From Candidatus Uhrbacteria bacterium (GTDB lineage: Bacteria > Patescibacteriota > Patescibacteriia > UBA9934 > GWF2-40-263): a DNA stretch of 64,000 nt. The translations under genes and the position numbers were made by a program. Shown piece by piece: positions 1-9,356 of this stretch. The notes beneath the pieces were generated by a model. It ran no database searches and had not been told where the DNA came from. It saw nothing but the letters and a program-made list of their open reading frames with translations. The stretch lies in NCBI GenBank assembly GCA_016188495.1, contig JACPHU010000009.1, positions 13,650-77,649 on the forward strand, given 5' to 3'. The first letter of the stretch is position 1; each line of letters opens with the position of its first letter.

Positions 1-1002
1 CCAGCTTAAGAAAGGAATAGATGTGGCGATATATTCTCTAAAACGGTTGATCGTTGTCGTTGTTTTGTCTTCAATCAAATCCCATTTATTTGCCACAACA
101 ATAACAGCTGAACCTGACTGCTTGAGAAGTCCTGCAAGTGTTTTTTCTTGTGTACCAATAGGTTCACTGATGTCGATGACTAAAATCGTGACATCGGCAA
201 ACTTGATCGCGTATTCATTTCGTTCCACGGCTGCCGCTTCCAACCCTCCTGATTTTCTTACTTTGCCTTGTTTGCGCATTCCAGCTGTGTCGATGAAAAT
301 ATAACGCTTGTCTCCCACACTGATGAGCATGTCATTTGGTTCACGGGTTGTGTGAGCGATAGGACTAGTGATGAAACGTTCCTCGCCTAAGATTGCATTA
401 AGGAGCGTTGATTTACCCACGTTTGGTTTTCCAATGACGGCGACCTTGATTCCTTCTGTTTCAACGGGATCGGTTGCTGGTTTGCCTATTTCTTCTAATT
501 TTTCGTAGACAACGTCCAAAAGATCTCCCACGCCTGTTCCACGGATCGCAGAGATAGGAAGCGGTTCAGAAAGTCCTGCAAATCGCCATTCCGCTTCCGT
601 GACGCTTAGTCGTTCAGAAAGTTTTTCCGCTTTGTTGGCAACGACAATAATAGGTTTCCCTGTTTTTTTTAAATAGGTTGCAAAGGCCTTTTCTTGAGGC
701 ATGGCTCCTGATTTTGAATCTACGACAAAGAGTAACAAATCGGCTCTTGCCACGGCCGCTTCGGATTGTTTGAGAATTTGTTTCTCCATTTCATCATTGA
801 GGTTTACATCCATTCCTCCTGTATCGATGAGTCTGATGACGCGTCCTCTCCAAAGACAATCTCCCTCGTTGCGGTCACGAGTGGTTCCAGCGACATGAGA
901 AACAAGCGCTTTTTGCGTTTCAAGAAGTCGGTTGAAAAGAGTTGATTTTCCTACGTTGGTCCTGCCGACAAGAGCGACAACGGGCGGTTGGAGAGAGTTC
1001 AT
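1..1002 (-). CDS. der: Ribosome biogenesis GTPase Der (EngA), 3' end outside the window
   Basis: Minus strand from ATG 1002 reads MNSLQPPVVALVGRTNVGKSTLFNRL...GTTRDR...IDTGG, then a second G-domain VAVIGKPNVGKSTLLNAILGEER...IDTAG. Not in the ORF track because it runs off the edge. Confidence 0.95.
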   Translation of the reverse strand, partial: MNSLQPPVVALVGRTNVGKSTLFNRLLETQKALVSHVAGTTRDRNEGDCLWRGRVIRLIDTGGMDVNLNDEMEKQILKQSEAAVARADLLLFVVDSKSGAMPQEKAFATYLKKTGKPIIVVANKAEKLSERLSVTEAEWRFAGLSEPLPISAIRGTGVGDLLDVVYEKLEEIGKPATDPVETEGIKVAVIGKPNVGKSTLLNAILGEERFITSPIAHTTREPNDMLISVGDKRYIFIDTAGMRKQGKVRKSGGLEAAAVERNEYAIKFADVTILVIDISEPIGTQEKTLAGLLKQSGSAVIVVANKWDLIEDKTTTTINRFREYIATSIPFLSW

Positions 1003-1082
1003 GTATCTATTCTAGATTGATTTAGGAAACAACACAAAAAACATTCAAAAATTCCGGCTTCCCGGAATTTCTAGAGGATTTT

Positions 1083-2762
1083 TTAGTTTTTAGCAAGTGA
1101 TGATGCATTTTCTCCAAGGATAATTAAGAAATCCAAATCGTTCTGTGTCGCAAGATCTTCATAATCGTTGCTAGAGAAAGTGAGTTCTTTTGGCACAATA
1201 TCTCCACTAATCATCCATCCTGTGGCAGAAAGCGTAACGTCTGCCTGCAAATAATCGCGAAGCGCCTTTAATTCTTCTGTATGTTGGCCATTGGTGAGGT
1301 CATAAATGACCGTGTGCTCATATCCGCGGCTTGCCGCATTTCCGACTTTTACTACCTCAAATCCCTGGCCGTCTAATAATTGTGATGTTTTAAAGGCAAG
1401 TCCTGAAATATTCGTTCCATTTTGAATTTCAACCCGGATAAATCTCGGTTTTTCTTCAGAAGCTTTGGCAAAAGATGTGGTGAGATTTTCTTCTGGAGTA
1501 AAAATGTTTTCAGTAATATGTCGCAGCTCATACCAATCGTCGTTTTTTGGGAGAAGCACATACGCCCCGTTTACTACCGTTGCATAAAGAGGAGAGGATT
1601 CAGAAGCATCGATGACATGATGAGTCATTTCTGAACTGTTCATGTCTTTGAGTTCTTTGGCTAAGCGTAAAATTTCCCAGACGTCTAAATTGGTAGCGAC
1701 ATTGGCCTGAAGTGTTTCCATCATCTTGGTAATCCGTGAAGGATTCAACAGGGTGGAGGCGGAAAGAATTTTGTCTTTTGCCGCAAGAATGATTTTTTGT
1801 TGACGTTTCGATCGAGCAAAGTCAGATCCTTCGCCGTTGTTTCCATGACGCGATCTGGCAAATTTTAGTGCAGTGACTCCATCCAAGTGAGTCCAACCTT
1901 CTTGGAAGGTGAGTGTTTCATAACGACAGGAATAATCTGGACCCAGCTGAGGCTTGATTTGTTCTACGGTTGCTTCTGTCGAGGAGGGTTGATCAGTTGT
2001 TGTTGGTTGAGTGGTTGTACTTGGTTCTGGTGTTTGTTGGACCGTTAGTTGCGTATCAGTGGGGGAGTTGAGAGTTGCAGATGCTTCCGTCGGTTCTGCT
2101 GCAGATTCCACAAACCCACAGGTGTCATATTCTTTTCCTGGCGTTGGATAGTTGTAGTCGCTAAAGCTTTGATCCACATACACATCAACACCTCCGATCG
2201 CATCTACAAATTCAGCGAAACCATCAAAATCGACGCGAACGTAGTAATTGATTTCTTCATCTAGCACGTCTCCGATGACCTGCGAAGCAAGCGCGGGTCC
2301 GGCTCCAGGTTCATTCATCTCGCCATAGGCATTGGCATGATTTACCTTTCGGTACCCGTATCCAGGAATAGGAACAGTCATATCTCGCGGGAGCGACATC
2401 ATGGCCAAGGATCCATCGGAAGGGCGGTAGCTGGTAAAAATAATGGTGTCGCTCAGCTGTGGCCCATCATGACCCTCTCCTCCAATTCCCATAAGCAAAA
2501 GATTCACACGGTCGTTTTCCTCTCCTTGAAGTTTGCGTTCATCGGAGGAGACAAAATGTTTGAGAGTGGAAAGAAACGAGATATTTGGAAAACTCCCCGT
2601 ACTGTCCGATGTAGAGTCTACTTGGTACGAAAAGACGGTTCCTGCTGTTGCCGCAATAATGACAATAATCGCAAGAGTGCGTCCAAAAAAAAGAACCGGC
2701 GATCGCCTTGAGGCGCGCAGGTGATGTTTTTCTTTCAAGAAATCAATTTGTGGTTTTTCCAT
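1083..2762 (-). CDS. LytR-CpsA-Psr (LCP) family protein with C-terminal LytR_C domain
   Basis: N-terminal TM helix, SDTII, SLPRD, VNHANAYG, FARSRH..SDFARSKRQQ and VEIQNGTNISGLA motifs. Likely start MEKPQ (2762); the track starts it at 2825. Confidence 0.9.
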   Translation of the reverse strand: MEKPQIDFLKEKHHLRASRRSPVLFFGRTLAIIVIIAATAGTVFSYQVDSTSDSTGSFPNISFLSTLKHFVSSDERKLQGEENDRVNLLLMGIGGEGHDGPQLSDTIIFTSYRPSDGSLAMMSLPRDMTVPIPGYGYRKVNHANAYGEMNEPGAGPALASQVIGDVLDEEINYYVRVDFDGFAEFVDAIGGVDVYVDQSFSDYNYPTPGKEYDTCGFVESAAEPTEASATLNSPTDTQLTVQQTPEPSTTTQPTTTDQPSSTEATVEQIKPQLGPDYSCRYETLTFQEGWTHLDGVTALKFARSRHGNNGEGSDFARSKRQQKIILAAKDKILSASTLLNPSRITKMMETLQANVATNLDVWEILRLAKELKDMNSSEMTHHVIDASESSPLYATVVNGAYVLLPKNDDWYELRHITENIFTPEENLTTSFAKASEEKPRFIRVEIQNGTNISGLAFKTSQLLDGQGFEVVKVGNAASRGYEHTVIYDLTNGQHTEELKALRDYLQADVTLSATGWMISGDIVPKELTFSSNDYEDLATQNDLDFLIILGENASSLAKN

Positions 2763-2833
2763 AACTCCTCGGACATCATTGTATCGAGAATGGCTTCTTG
2801 GTTCAAGGATAGCATAGGTTTCCATTGAAGCGC

Positions 2834-2862
2834 TTGAAATCTAAAATTTTTCATGATACGTT
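2834..2862 (+). promoter_or_regulatory. Sigma70-like promoter of the tRNA-Val locus
   Basis: TTGAAA-17 nt-TACGTT just upstream of the tRNA 5' fragment at 2873. Confidence 0.55.
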
Positions 2863-2872
2863 TCGCTCATTG

Positions 2873-2948
2873 GGGCGTGTAGCTCAGTTGGTTACCCGCC
2901 CGACTGAACGACGAGGATTTCTGTTCAGTCGTTCGGGCGGGGAGCGCT
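2873..2948 (+). pseudogene. tRNA 5' fragment (copy of the tRNA-Val 5' end) interrupted in the D-loop by a 47-bp palindrome
   Basis: GGGCGTGTAGCTCAGTTGGTTA[2895-2941 insert]GAGCGCT matches the first 29 nt of the intact tRNA with 1 mismatch. Confidence 0.8.
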
Positions 2949-2988
2949 ATTTCGTATGTGAATACTTAAAGAGAGTCAAAAGATTTAT

Positions 2989-3065
2989 GGGCGTGTAGCT
3001 CAGCTGGTTAGAGCGCTGTCCTCACACGACAGAGGTCAGAGGTTCGAGCCCTCTCACGCCCACCA
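2989..3065 (+). tRNA. tRNA-Val (CAC)
   Basis: Full cloverleaf: GGGCGTG/CACGCCC acceptor, CTGTC-CT-CAC-AC-GACAG anticodon arm, GGTTCGAG T-loop, encoded CCA. Confidence 0.97.
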
Positions 3066-3100
3066 CACAAAACACCGAAGTACTTCGGTGTTTTGTGTTT
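3065..3100 (+). terminator. Intrinsic terminator after tRNA-Val
   Basis: ACACAAAACACCGAAG-TA-CTTCGGTGTTTTGTGT immediately after CCA. Confidence 0.85.
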
Positions 3101-3196
3101 AGAGTATTCTTGTGAAATTTTCAGAATAAAGAAAAACGGTAAACGTGATTGAGGAATATTCCTCTCTACGTTACCGTCGCGTGTGTTGTATGGGGT

Positions 3197-3541
3197 CTAC
3201 TTGTTGGTGCCAAGGACTTCTTCGATTTTTGGGAGCAGATCCTCATTTAAGGATTCCTTATTTACAAATGGAACCCCATTCATTTCTTCTGTCGACAGAA
3301 CAATGGTTTTTACACCATCTGCTTGTAATTGTGCGGCCCATTTATGGCCGTCATGCCTGTCTTGGATACTTCCGTCGCATAGCACAAGATCGATTTCCCG
3401 ATCGTGTGCTTCGTGGTGACGTTTAGCTTGAGCCAAGTTATTGAAGAGGATGACTTCATAACCAGCTTCGGTCAGCAGTTCTCCTATCAACTCGCTCAAT
3501 ATTTTCAGGTCATCTACATAAAGGATAGATGCTTTGGTCAT
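3197..3541 (-). CDS. Stand-alone response regulator receiver domain (CheY-like)
   Basis: ILYVDD, DLVLCDG (phospho-acceptor Asp), VLST and FVNK motifs. Confidence 0.8.
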   Translation of the reverse strand: MTKASILYVDDLKILSELIGELLTEAGYEVILFNNLAQAKRHHEAHDREIDLVLCDGSIQDRHDGHKWAAQLQADGVKTIVLSTEEMNGVPFVNKESLNEDLLPKIEEVLGTNK

Positions 3542-3664
3542 TTTTTCCCTTTCTTTGCAGATTCTTTAATAGCCTGACGTTTTTTTACTTTGATGTCAAT
3601 GTCGATTTATTGATAATAACTAGATTCTTTGATACGCTAGGAACGATTTTATTACTCTAAAATT

Positions 3665-4273
3665 ATGCAAAATCGGTTTTCTGCGTTTGAAGATAAATTG
3701 TATCAACGTTTTGGTCCGGTTGGGGGAGCGGTTGCATCCTTCTTTGTCGAGGTTATCCAGATCGTTCTTCTCTCCAGTGCCATCATCATTCCGATTCGTT
3801 ACTTCCTGATTCAGCCTTTTTATGTCAAAGGCGCTTCCATGGAACCGAACTTTTACGACCATGAGTACCTTATTATTGATGAATTGAGCTTCCGATTTCG
3901 TGAGCCAGTTCGTGGAGAAATTGTGGTTTTTCGCTACCCACGTGACCCAAGCCAGTTTTTCATTAAACGAGTCATTGGTTTACCTGGGGAAACAGTTGAA
4001 GTGACTGACGGGAATATCATTATTTACAATGCAGAACACCCAAACGGATTAACCCTTGAAGAAGATTATTTGGGCGATGAGCAAACCAATGGAAAAGAAC
4101 GAGTGACATTAGGCGAGAATGAATATTTTGTCTTTGGAGACAATCGAGATGCCTCTTTGGATTCTCGAAGTTTTGGACCTGTTACCCGCAAAGATCTGAT
4201 CGGACGTGTCTGGGTCAGAGGCCTGCCTTTTTCTCGAATGGGAACGTTTGAGGCCCCTGATTATAACCTTTAG
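3665..4273 (+). CDS. lepB: Signal peptidase I
   Basis: GASMEP (catalytic Ser), FIKRVIGLPGE (catalytic Lys), GDNRDASLDSRSFG. Confidence 0.95.
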   Translation: MQNRFSAFEDKLYQRFGPVGGAVASFFVEVIQIVLLSSAIIIPIRYFLIQPFYVKGASMEPNFYDHEYLIIDELSFRFREPVRGEIVVFRYPRDPSQFFIKRVIGLPGETVEVTDGNIIIYNAEHPNGLTLEEDYLGDEQTNGKERVTLGENEYFVFGDNRDASLDSRSFGPVTRKDLIGRVWVRGLPFSRMGTFEAPDYNL

Positions 4274-4309
4274 AGATCTCTTTAATCTGCTTTAACCGTG
4301 TGAAACCCT

Positions 4310-5725
4310 ATGCCACTTAAAAAAGAAAAACCTGTTCCGCCCAAGAAAATCACTAAACCTGTGGTAGAAAAGGTGGTAGAAAAGAAAGAGAAAGACGAGG
4401 AAGAAGGAGGAAAATCTTCCAAGACGTTTGAACTTTTGCGTGGATTTCGAGACATTTTGCCTGAAGAACAAGGAAGATGGAACTTAGTACGCGACACTGT
4501 TCGCTCTATTGCAGAATCCTATAGTTTTGATCGTATTGATCTTCCTATTTTGGAACGTTCTGATTTATTTCAAAAAACGGTTGGAAAAGCTACGGATATT
4601 GTTGAAAAGGAAATGTATGTTTTTACAGATCCTTCCAATCGTTCTGTTGCCTTGCGACCTGAGGCAACGGCCTCTGCGGCGCGAGCGTATATCAGCCACG
4701 GCATGTTAGACCGTCCGCAACCGGTGAAGATGTGGTATGTGGGACCTATGTTCAGACACGATCGTCCTCAAGCTGGTCGTTATCGACAATTTTATCAAGC
4801 AGGGTTTGAAAGTTTTGGAGTGGACGAACCGATTGTGGATGCCCAGCTGATCGTGTTGGGAGCACAAATTTTTCGTGAACTCGGGTTGGATATCAAAGTG
4901 GAAATCAATTCGATCGGTACCCCAGAGTGCCGACAGGCTTATTTAGCAGAATTAACTTCCTACTTCCGTCCGCATCGCAATAAGTTGTCTGAGGATGACA
5001 AGCGCCGTTTACAAAAGAATCCATTGCGAATTCTTGATAGCAAAGAAGAAGCGACACTTGAATTGCTTCAAGGCGCTCCGCAAATTCTTGATTGGTTGGA
5101 TGATAAATCCAAAGAGCATTTCATGAAGGTCTTGGAGTTTTTGGAAGAGGTTGAAATTCCTTACGTGCTCAATCCTCATTTGGTTCGCGGGCTCGATTAT
5201 TACACTCATACCGTATTTGAATTCGTTTTGGCACAAGACGAAGGCGATAAATCGCAAAGCGCTCTTGGCGGGGGAGGACGCTACGATGGGTTAATCCAAC
5301 TCTTGGGTGGCCGACCCACCCCTGGATGCGGATTTGCGTTGGGATTAGAGCGTATCGTTCGTGCGTTGGATGCCAAGGGGGTCAATCCGCCTGAGCGCTC
5401 AAAGCCTTCCGTCTTTTTTGCTCAACTGGGAGACGCAGCCCGACGTGTCGGTTTGAAACTGTTTGAAGAGTTTCGACGCGCAGGCGTTCCTGTTGTAGAA
5501 GCGTTTGGAAAGAGCGCTCTAAAAGGCCAACTTGAATCGGCAAACAAGCTTGGTGTTCAATTAACCCTGATTCTTGGACAAAAAGAGGTGTTAGACGGAA
5601 CCATTATCATTCGCGATATGGAATCCGGTGCTCAAGAGATTGTCGATGTCAAAAAAGTCGTTCAGATTGTGAAAAAGAAACTTCACAAAGAACCTGCTCC
5701 TGCTGAAGCGCCTGTTTCAGAATAA
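4310..5725 (+). CDS. hisS: Histidine--tRNA ligase
   Basis: RGFRD, LRPEATA, FRHDRPQAGRYRQFYQ, LVRGLDYY and GGGRYD motifs. Confidence 0.97.
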   Translation: MPLKKEKPVPPKKITKPVVEKVVEKKEKDEEEGGKSSKTFELLRGFRDILPEEQGRWNLVRDTVRSIAESYSFDRIDLPILERSDLFQKTVGKATDIVEKEMYVFTDPSNRSVALRPEATASAARAYISHGMLDRPQPVKMWYVGPMFRHDRPQAGRYRQFYQAGFESFGVDEPIVDAQLIVLGAQIFRELGLDIKVEINSIGTPECRQAYLAELTSYFRPHRNKLSEDDKRRLQKNPLRILDSKEEATLELLQGAPQILDWLDDKSKEHFMKVLEFLEEVEIPYVLNPHLVRGLDYYTHTVFEFVLAQDEGDKSQSALGGGGRYDGLIQLLGGRPTPGCGFALGLERIVRALDAKGVNPPERSKPSVFFAQLGDAARRVGLKLFEEFRRAGVPVVEAFGKSALKGQLESANKLGVQLTLILGQKEVLDGTIIIRDMESGAQEIVDVKKVVQIVKKKLHKEPAPAEAPVSE

Positions 5726-5748
5726 TGATCGAAATTTAACAAGTTTTT

Positions 5749-5779
5749 AAAACCTCCTAATGAAAATTAGGAGGTTTTT
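5749..5779 (+). terminator. Terminator after hisS
   Basis: AAAACCTCCTAAT-GAAA-ATTAGGAGGTTTTT. Confidence 0.8.
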
Positions 5780-5781
5780 GA

Positions 5782-5810
5782 TTGACAAAAAGTGTATTTT
5801 CACTTAGTCT
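5782..5810 (+). promoter_or_regulatory. Sigma70 promoter of orphan gene 5880
   Basis: TTGACA-17 nt-TAGTCT. Confidence 0.65.
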
Positions 5811-5879
5811 CCAGTGTTCGTGAATATCCAATTTACGGCATTATTTCTTTGTTTTATTTGATTAAGGAGGAAGAAAGAC

Positions 5880-6980
5880 ATGAATAAACGGCTTGAAGGT
5901 GCGTGGTTTCATGATTTTGAACCGATAACGGTTGTATTGCGAAGAGAAAAGAAAGAAGATTTTTCTTGTATTGCAACCCCTGTTCTTTTTAGCGGTTTCC
6001 CTTCATCAGAAGAAGCTGGATTCGGCCTGCGATTCAAGTCTTTTGAACAGGTTGAGTTTCCTCGGGATGCCTTTCATAGTGAAGATCGTGGATTGTATCT
6101 TTGTTCCAATGTGAGTCCTCACGATCTCTTCGCTTTTTGGCGAGCTTGCCAGTTGCTTCCAAAATGTACGTTTCTTGATTCGGGAATCGTTCAGCTTCAT
6201 TTGTTTGATGTCACACAACGATCACCGCGTTTTGTTGAGGAGTATTCAAAAAAAACCGTAAACGAAACATTGGTCGGTGGGCAACAGAATCTTGATACGA
6301 TTATGCAGACACCTGTTCCTGATTGGCTGGTTGATAAGCTCATTGAGCTTTGGTCTGTAAATGGATCGAGTCCCTTTCATCATTGCGTTAGGGAAGAGGT
6401 TCGTGCGGGCCTTCTTGCTTGGCGAAAAGAGTTTGATACTTTGGGGATTTTGTCCCCAAAGGAGTTTGATCGTCTCAATGATCTTTGGGAAGAAGTGCGT
6501 CCGCAGTATCTTCCTGTCATGCGTCAGATGGTAGACGTCGTGGGTGGATGGGAAGTCTTTTATGTCCATTCTGATGAAAAAATTGCGTTGTCAAAGCAGC
6601 GTGAGGCATTGCTCAAGCTTTATGAAGCAGGGGCTCACCAAAAGTACGGATTGTATGCCACAGCCGCTGCGGCGTTCATTGCCAGCGAACGGGTAGATGA
6701 AGATCTTTTGGAAACGTTCACGGGCTATATGATTCCACCCTTGTACACGGCTCGTCGGTACGATCGGAAGGAGAATCACTATCTTCATCAGACTTCTGCT
6801 TGGGTGGCAAAGAAGGAACGTAAAGGGAAGCCATACAACCCGGATCAGGTTTTGATGGCTCGGGAAAAAATTGTTGAGATTCTTCAACAGTATTTTCCAG
6901 GTCTTACTCACGAACAAAAGATCGAGAAAGTTTTGAAAGAACGGTTTGGTTTTGATCTGAAAAAGAACAAAAGTTCATAA
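5880..6980 (+). CDS. Hypothetical protein (orphan)
   Basis: 366-aa ORF with AAGGAGG SD, own promoter and terminator; no recognisable motif. Confidence 0.8.
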   Translation: MNKRLEGAWFHDFEPITVVLRREKKEDFSCIATPVLFSGFPSSEEAGFGLRFKSFEQVEFPRDAFHSEDRGLYLCSNVSPHDLFAFWRACQLLPKCTFLDSGIVQLHLFDVTQRSPRFVEEYSKKTVNETLVGGQQNLDTIMQTPVPDWLVDKLIELWSVNGSSPFHHCVREEVRAGLLAWRKEFDTLGILSPKEFDRLNDLWEEVRPQYLPVMRQMVDVVGGWEVFYVHSDEKIALSKQREALLKLYEAGAHQKYGLYATAAAAFIASERVDEDLLETFTGYMIPPLYTARRYDRKENHYLHQTSAWVAKKERKGKPYNPDQVLMAREKIVEILQQYFPGLTHEQKIEKVLKERFGFDLKKNKSS

Positions 6981-7047
6981 TCCTGCTAAACGACTTATTA
7001 TAGTCGTTTTTTTCTTATAAAAATTATTTAAATAATGTCATAATATA

Positions 7048-7076
7048 TTGACAAAACGTTCATTTTATGGTATATT
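7048..7076 (+). promoter_or_regulatory. Sigma70 promoter of the USP-CDF operon
   Basis: TTGACA-17 nt-TATATT. Confidence 0.75.
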
Positions 7077-7154
7077 TTTCGGTTCCCAAAATGATATTTC
7101 TCGTTGTATTTTTTGTTTTTTTTGGGTTTGTTCCTTACATGAAAAGGAGAGAAA

Positions 7155-7820
7155 ATGTCCGCATCAGACTTTTCAGTCGTTTATAAGCCGATGCTATATG
7201 GACCCGTTGGAGAAAGGCTTGCCTTCGTTTCGGAACAAATCGTTTCGAAGGTCTCATCTCGTTTTTCAGCGGTCTCCTTTGCGGGATCGTGCGAACAACT
7301 CCCTTGTCCTGGTAATGCTCTGTTGGTTCTGGATCGGCCTTGCCAGAGGCGGGATGTCCATGTTCTCCTGCCGATGGAGTCCAATAAACTCAAGGTGGAG
7401 CATGGGCGATGCGTTCTGATCCCCTTTGGTAGCGGAGATTCCAGTCTGCACGCCGCACAGGTGGGGGTACGGCTGGCAGCGGATTTTCGCCTTCGTGTGA
7501 TTTTTTACCACACGACCTGGCGCAAGCCTGGACTGGAGAGTGAAGATGGATGGAGTCATCTGAGCGATGGCGCCCGCTCCAATGCAAGTAAGTTCAAGGA
7601 ACTTGCTATGGGGCGGGGATTGACTCACGGTGTTTTTATCGAGATCGCTGCCCCTACCGTGAAACACGGGATCATTGGGGCGGCATTGCAGAAACAGGCG
7701 ACCATGATCGTGGTGGCGCGGGGAAGCGAGATTCGCAAGGGGTCCTATGTTGACCAACTTGCCGTGATGTCCCCGGTGCCCCTGTTTATCGTGGCCGATT
7801 CAAAGAAGAAGGAGAGTTGA
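7155..7820 (+). CDS. Universal stress protein (USP)-like
   Basis: VLIPFGSGDSSLHAA ... ATMIVVARGS...GSYVDQLAVMSPVPLFIV, typical of the USP C-terminus; AAGGAG SD. Confidence 0.7.
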   Translation: MSASDFSVVYKPMLYGPVGERLAFVSEQIVSKVSSRFSAVSFAGSCEQLPCPGNALLVLDRPCQRRDVHVLLPMESNKLKVEHGRCVLIPFGSGDSSLHAAQVGVRLAADFRLRVIFYHTTWRKPGLESEDGWSHLSDGARSNASKFKELAMGRGLTHGVFIEIAAPTVKHGIIGAALQKQATMIVVARGSEIRKGSYVDQLAVMSPVPLFIVADSKKKES

Positions 7821-7821
7821 G

Positions 7822-9042
7822 ATGAGGCAAAAGATCAAGGCGTTTTTGCTGTCAGCGTACGGCCCTATGGCAGCAGTTGTGGCCATGTATAGCGTAAAGG
7901 GCCCTGTCAAGATTTGGGTAGGTCACGCAGCTGGCCTTACGGCGATCGTCGCCGACGGTTATCACAATGAATCTGATTTCACACAAGGTCTGCTGGCGAT
8001 GTGGCTTATCCGCCTGATCGCTGCGGCTGCAACGCGTGAATTCCCTCTGGGAAAGAAAAACCTGGCGAGCTTGTTCAAGGTGTTTGTCGGAGTATGTCTG
8101 GGATATCTGGCGATCACCGCCGGGTTTCAGAGCCTTCAGACGCTTTGGGACGTCTGTATCAATCACGGGAGTTTTCCGCTCAGGTTTTCGCAGGAGTATG
8201 CTCCCATCGCTTTGATCGTCGCGATGGTGAGCGTGGCTCTTTCCATACCTGTGAGCGAATACCAGATTCGCACAGGTGAACGCCTCAATAACGGCATTCT
8301 CATTGCCGATGGCAAAGAGACCCGCAGTGACGCCATTTTGGAAGTCGTGATTGTGGCAGGGATTCTGGGCCAGATGATCGGTGGCTGGGCGTGGATCGAA
8401 TATCCGTTGACCCTGGTCGTCTGCGTGTTCATGATCCAAACCGCTCGCGAGCTCATTGCCGATGGACTGGATGCGCTCCTGCAGCGTTCCATCGGCGAGG
8501 AACATGAGAATGCCATACAGGAAATTGTTAAGGACATGTATGGTGTTCAAGGTGTAGATCAGATTATCACCTTCAAAATCGGGCCCATGGTCATTCTCAT
8601 CATGAAGGTTCTCAGCCGTCATGGGGCCGAGGTTACCGACATCATGAAAAAGGCTATGGCCATGCCCCTGGCTCGTTATCTTGGCAAACAGGGGTTCGAG
8701 GATGGAAAATTCTTCATTCGGTTCGCTCAACCTGACCCCGATGCTCGTCGTCGGGCCGTGGCGATCGAACGAACCAATGGTATCAGTCGTGTTGCTCGCC
8801 GTGTGGGTGAAGCAACTCATATAGCCATTTGTGATATCGAGCACGACCGAGTCGTTCGCGATCCGGTCGAGGATGTTCATCGTCTTAATCCGGCACAGAT
8901 CGCTGAGTTTCTGGCACAGAAGAACGTTCGAGAGATCGTTTTGTCTGAATCTCCAATGGATTCGATGAGAAAAAAGTTTCGCGAGTTTGGTATCGAGATC
9001 GTGTGTGGTCCTTCCACAGATCTTTCTGTCTATGAACTTTAG
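7822..9042 (+). CDS. Cation diffusion facilitator (CDF) transporter with C-terminal NifB/NifX-like domain
   Basis: AIVADGYHNESD, LIADGKETRSD, multiple TMs; C-terminal AEFLAQKNVREIVL...GIEIV resembles the FeMo-co biosynthesis domain. Confidence 0.75.
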   Translation: MRQKIKAFLLSAYGPMAAVVAMYSVKGPVKIWVGHAAGLTAIVADGYHNESDFTQGLLAMWLIRLIAAAATREFPLGKKNLASLFKVFVGVCLGYLAITAGFQSLQTLWDVCINHGSFPLRFSQEYAPIALIVAMVSVALSIPVSEYQIRTGERLNNGILIADGKETRSDAILEVVIVAGILGQMIGGWAWIEYPLTLVVCVFMIQTARELIADGLDALLQRSIGEEHENAIQEIVKDMYGVQGVDQIITFKIGPMVILIMKVLSRHGAEVTDIMKKAMAMPLARYLGKQGFEDGKFFIRFAQPDPDARRRAVAIERTNGISRVARRVGEATHIAICDIEHDRVVRDPVEDVHRLNPAQIAEFLAQKNVREIVLSESPMDSMRKKFREFGIEIVCGPSTDLSVYEL

Positions 9043-9052
9043 GAGGTTTGTT

Positions 9053-9193
9053 ATGACATCGTGGCAGACGCAAGGTCAGTACGAATATGAGTACGACCAG
9101 AATGGCTATACCGGATGGTGCCGTTGTGTCCAAGGTCGTATGGCTGATGGCTACTGGCCGGAGTGGAACAACACTACCGGCGAAACACGTTAA
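9053..9193 (+). CDS. Small 46-aa protein
   Basis: AGGAGG SD 6 nt before the ATG; MTSWQTQGQYEYEYDQNGYTGWCRCVQGRMADGYWPEWNNTTGETR; followed by a terminator. Confidence 0.6.
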   Translation: MTSWQTQGQYEYEYDQNGYTGWCRCVQGRMADGYWPEWNNTTGETR

Positions 9194-9258
9194 GTTTCTA
9201 CCCACCCTCTGAATACGTTCACGGGTGGGTTTTTGATTGTCATAATTGTCATAATTGC

Positions 9259-9287
9259 TTGACAAAAAGGCTATTTTCGTGTATTAT
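9259..9287 (+). promoter_or_regulatory. Sigma70 promoter
   Basis: TTGACA-17 nt-TATTAT. Confidence 0.75.
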
Positions 9288-9356
9288 ACGCGGTTCGTAA
9301 AGATTCGCTTTGCGATAAGATTTGTTGTTTTACAACCTGAAAAAGAGGAATAATCT

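Noticed and set aside
2864-2875. CGCTCATTGGGG shared with 57901-57912
   Set aside because: A single 12-mer match is expected by chance in 64 kb and does not extend
2895-2941. tRNA intron
   Set aside because: No 3' half follows the fragment, there are no group I or BHB features, and an intact gene is adjacent
7852-8880. 342-aa antisense ORF
   Set aside because: Mirror frame of the GC-rich CDF gene with no motifs
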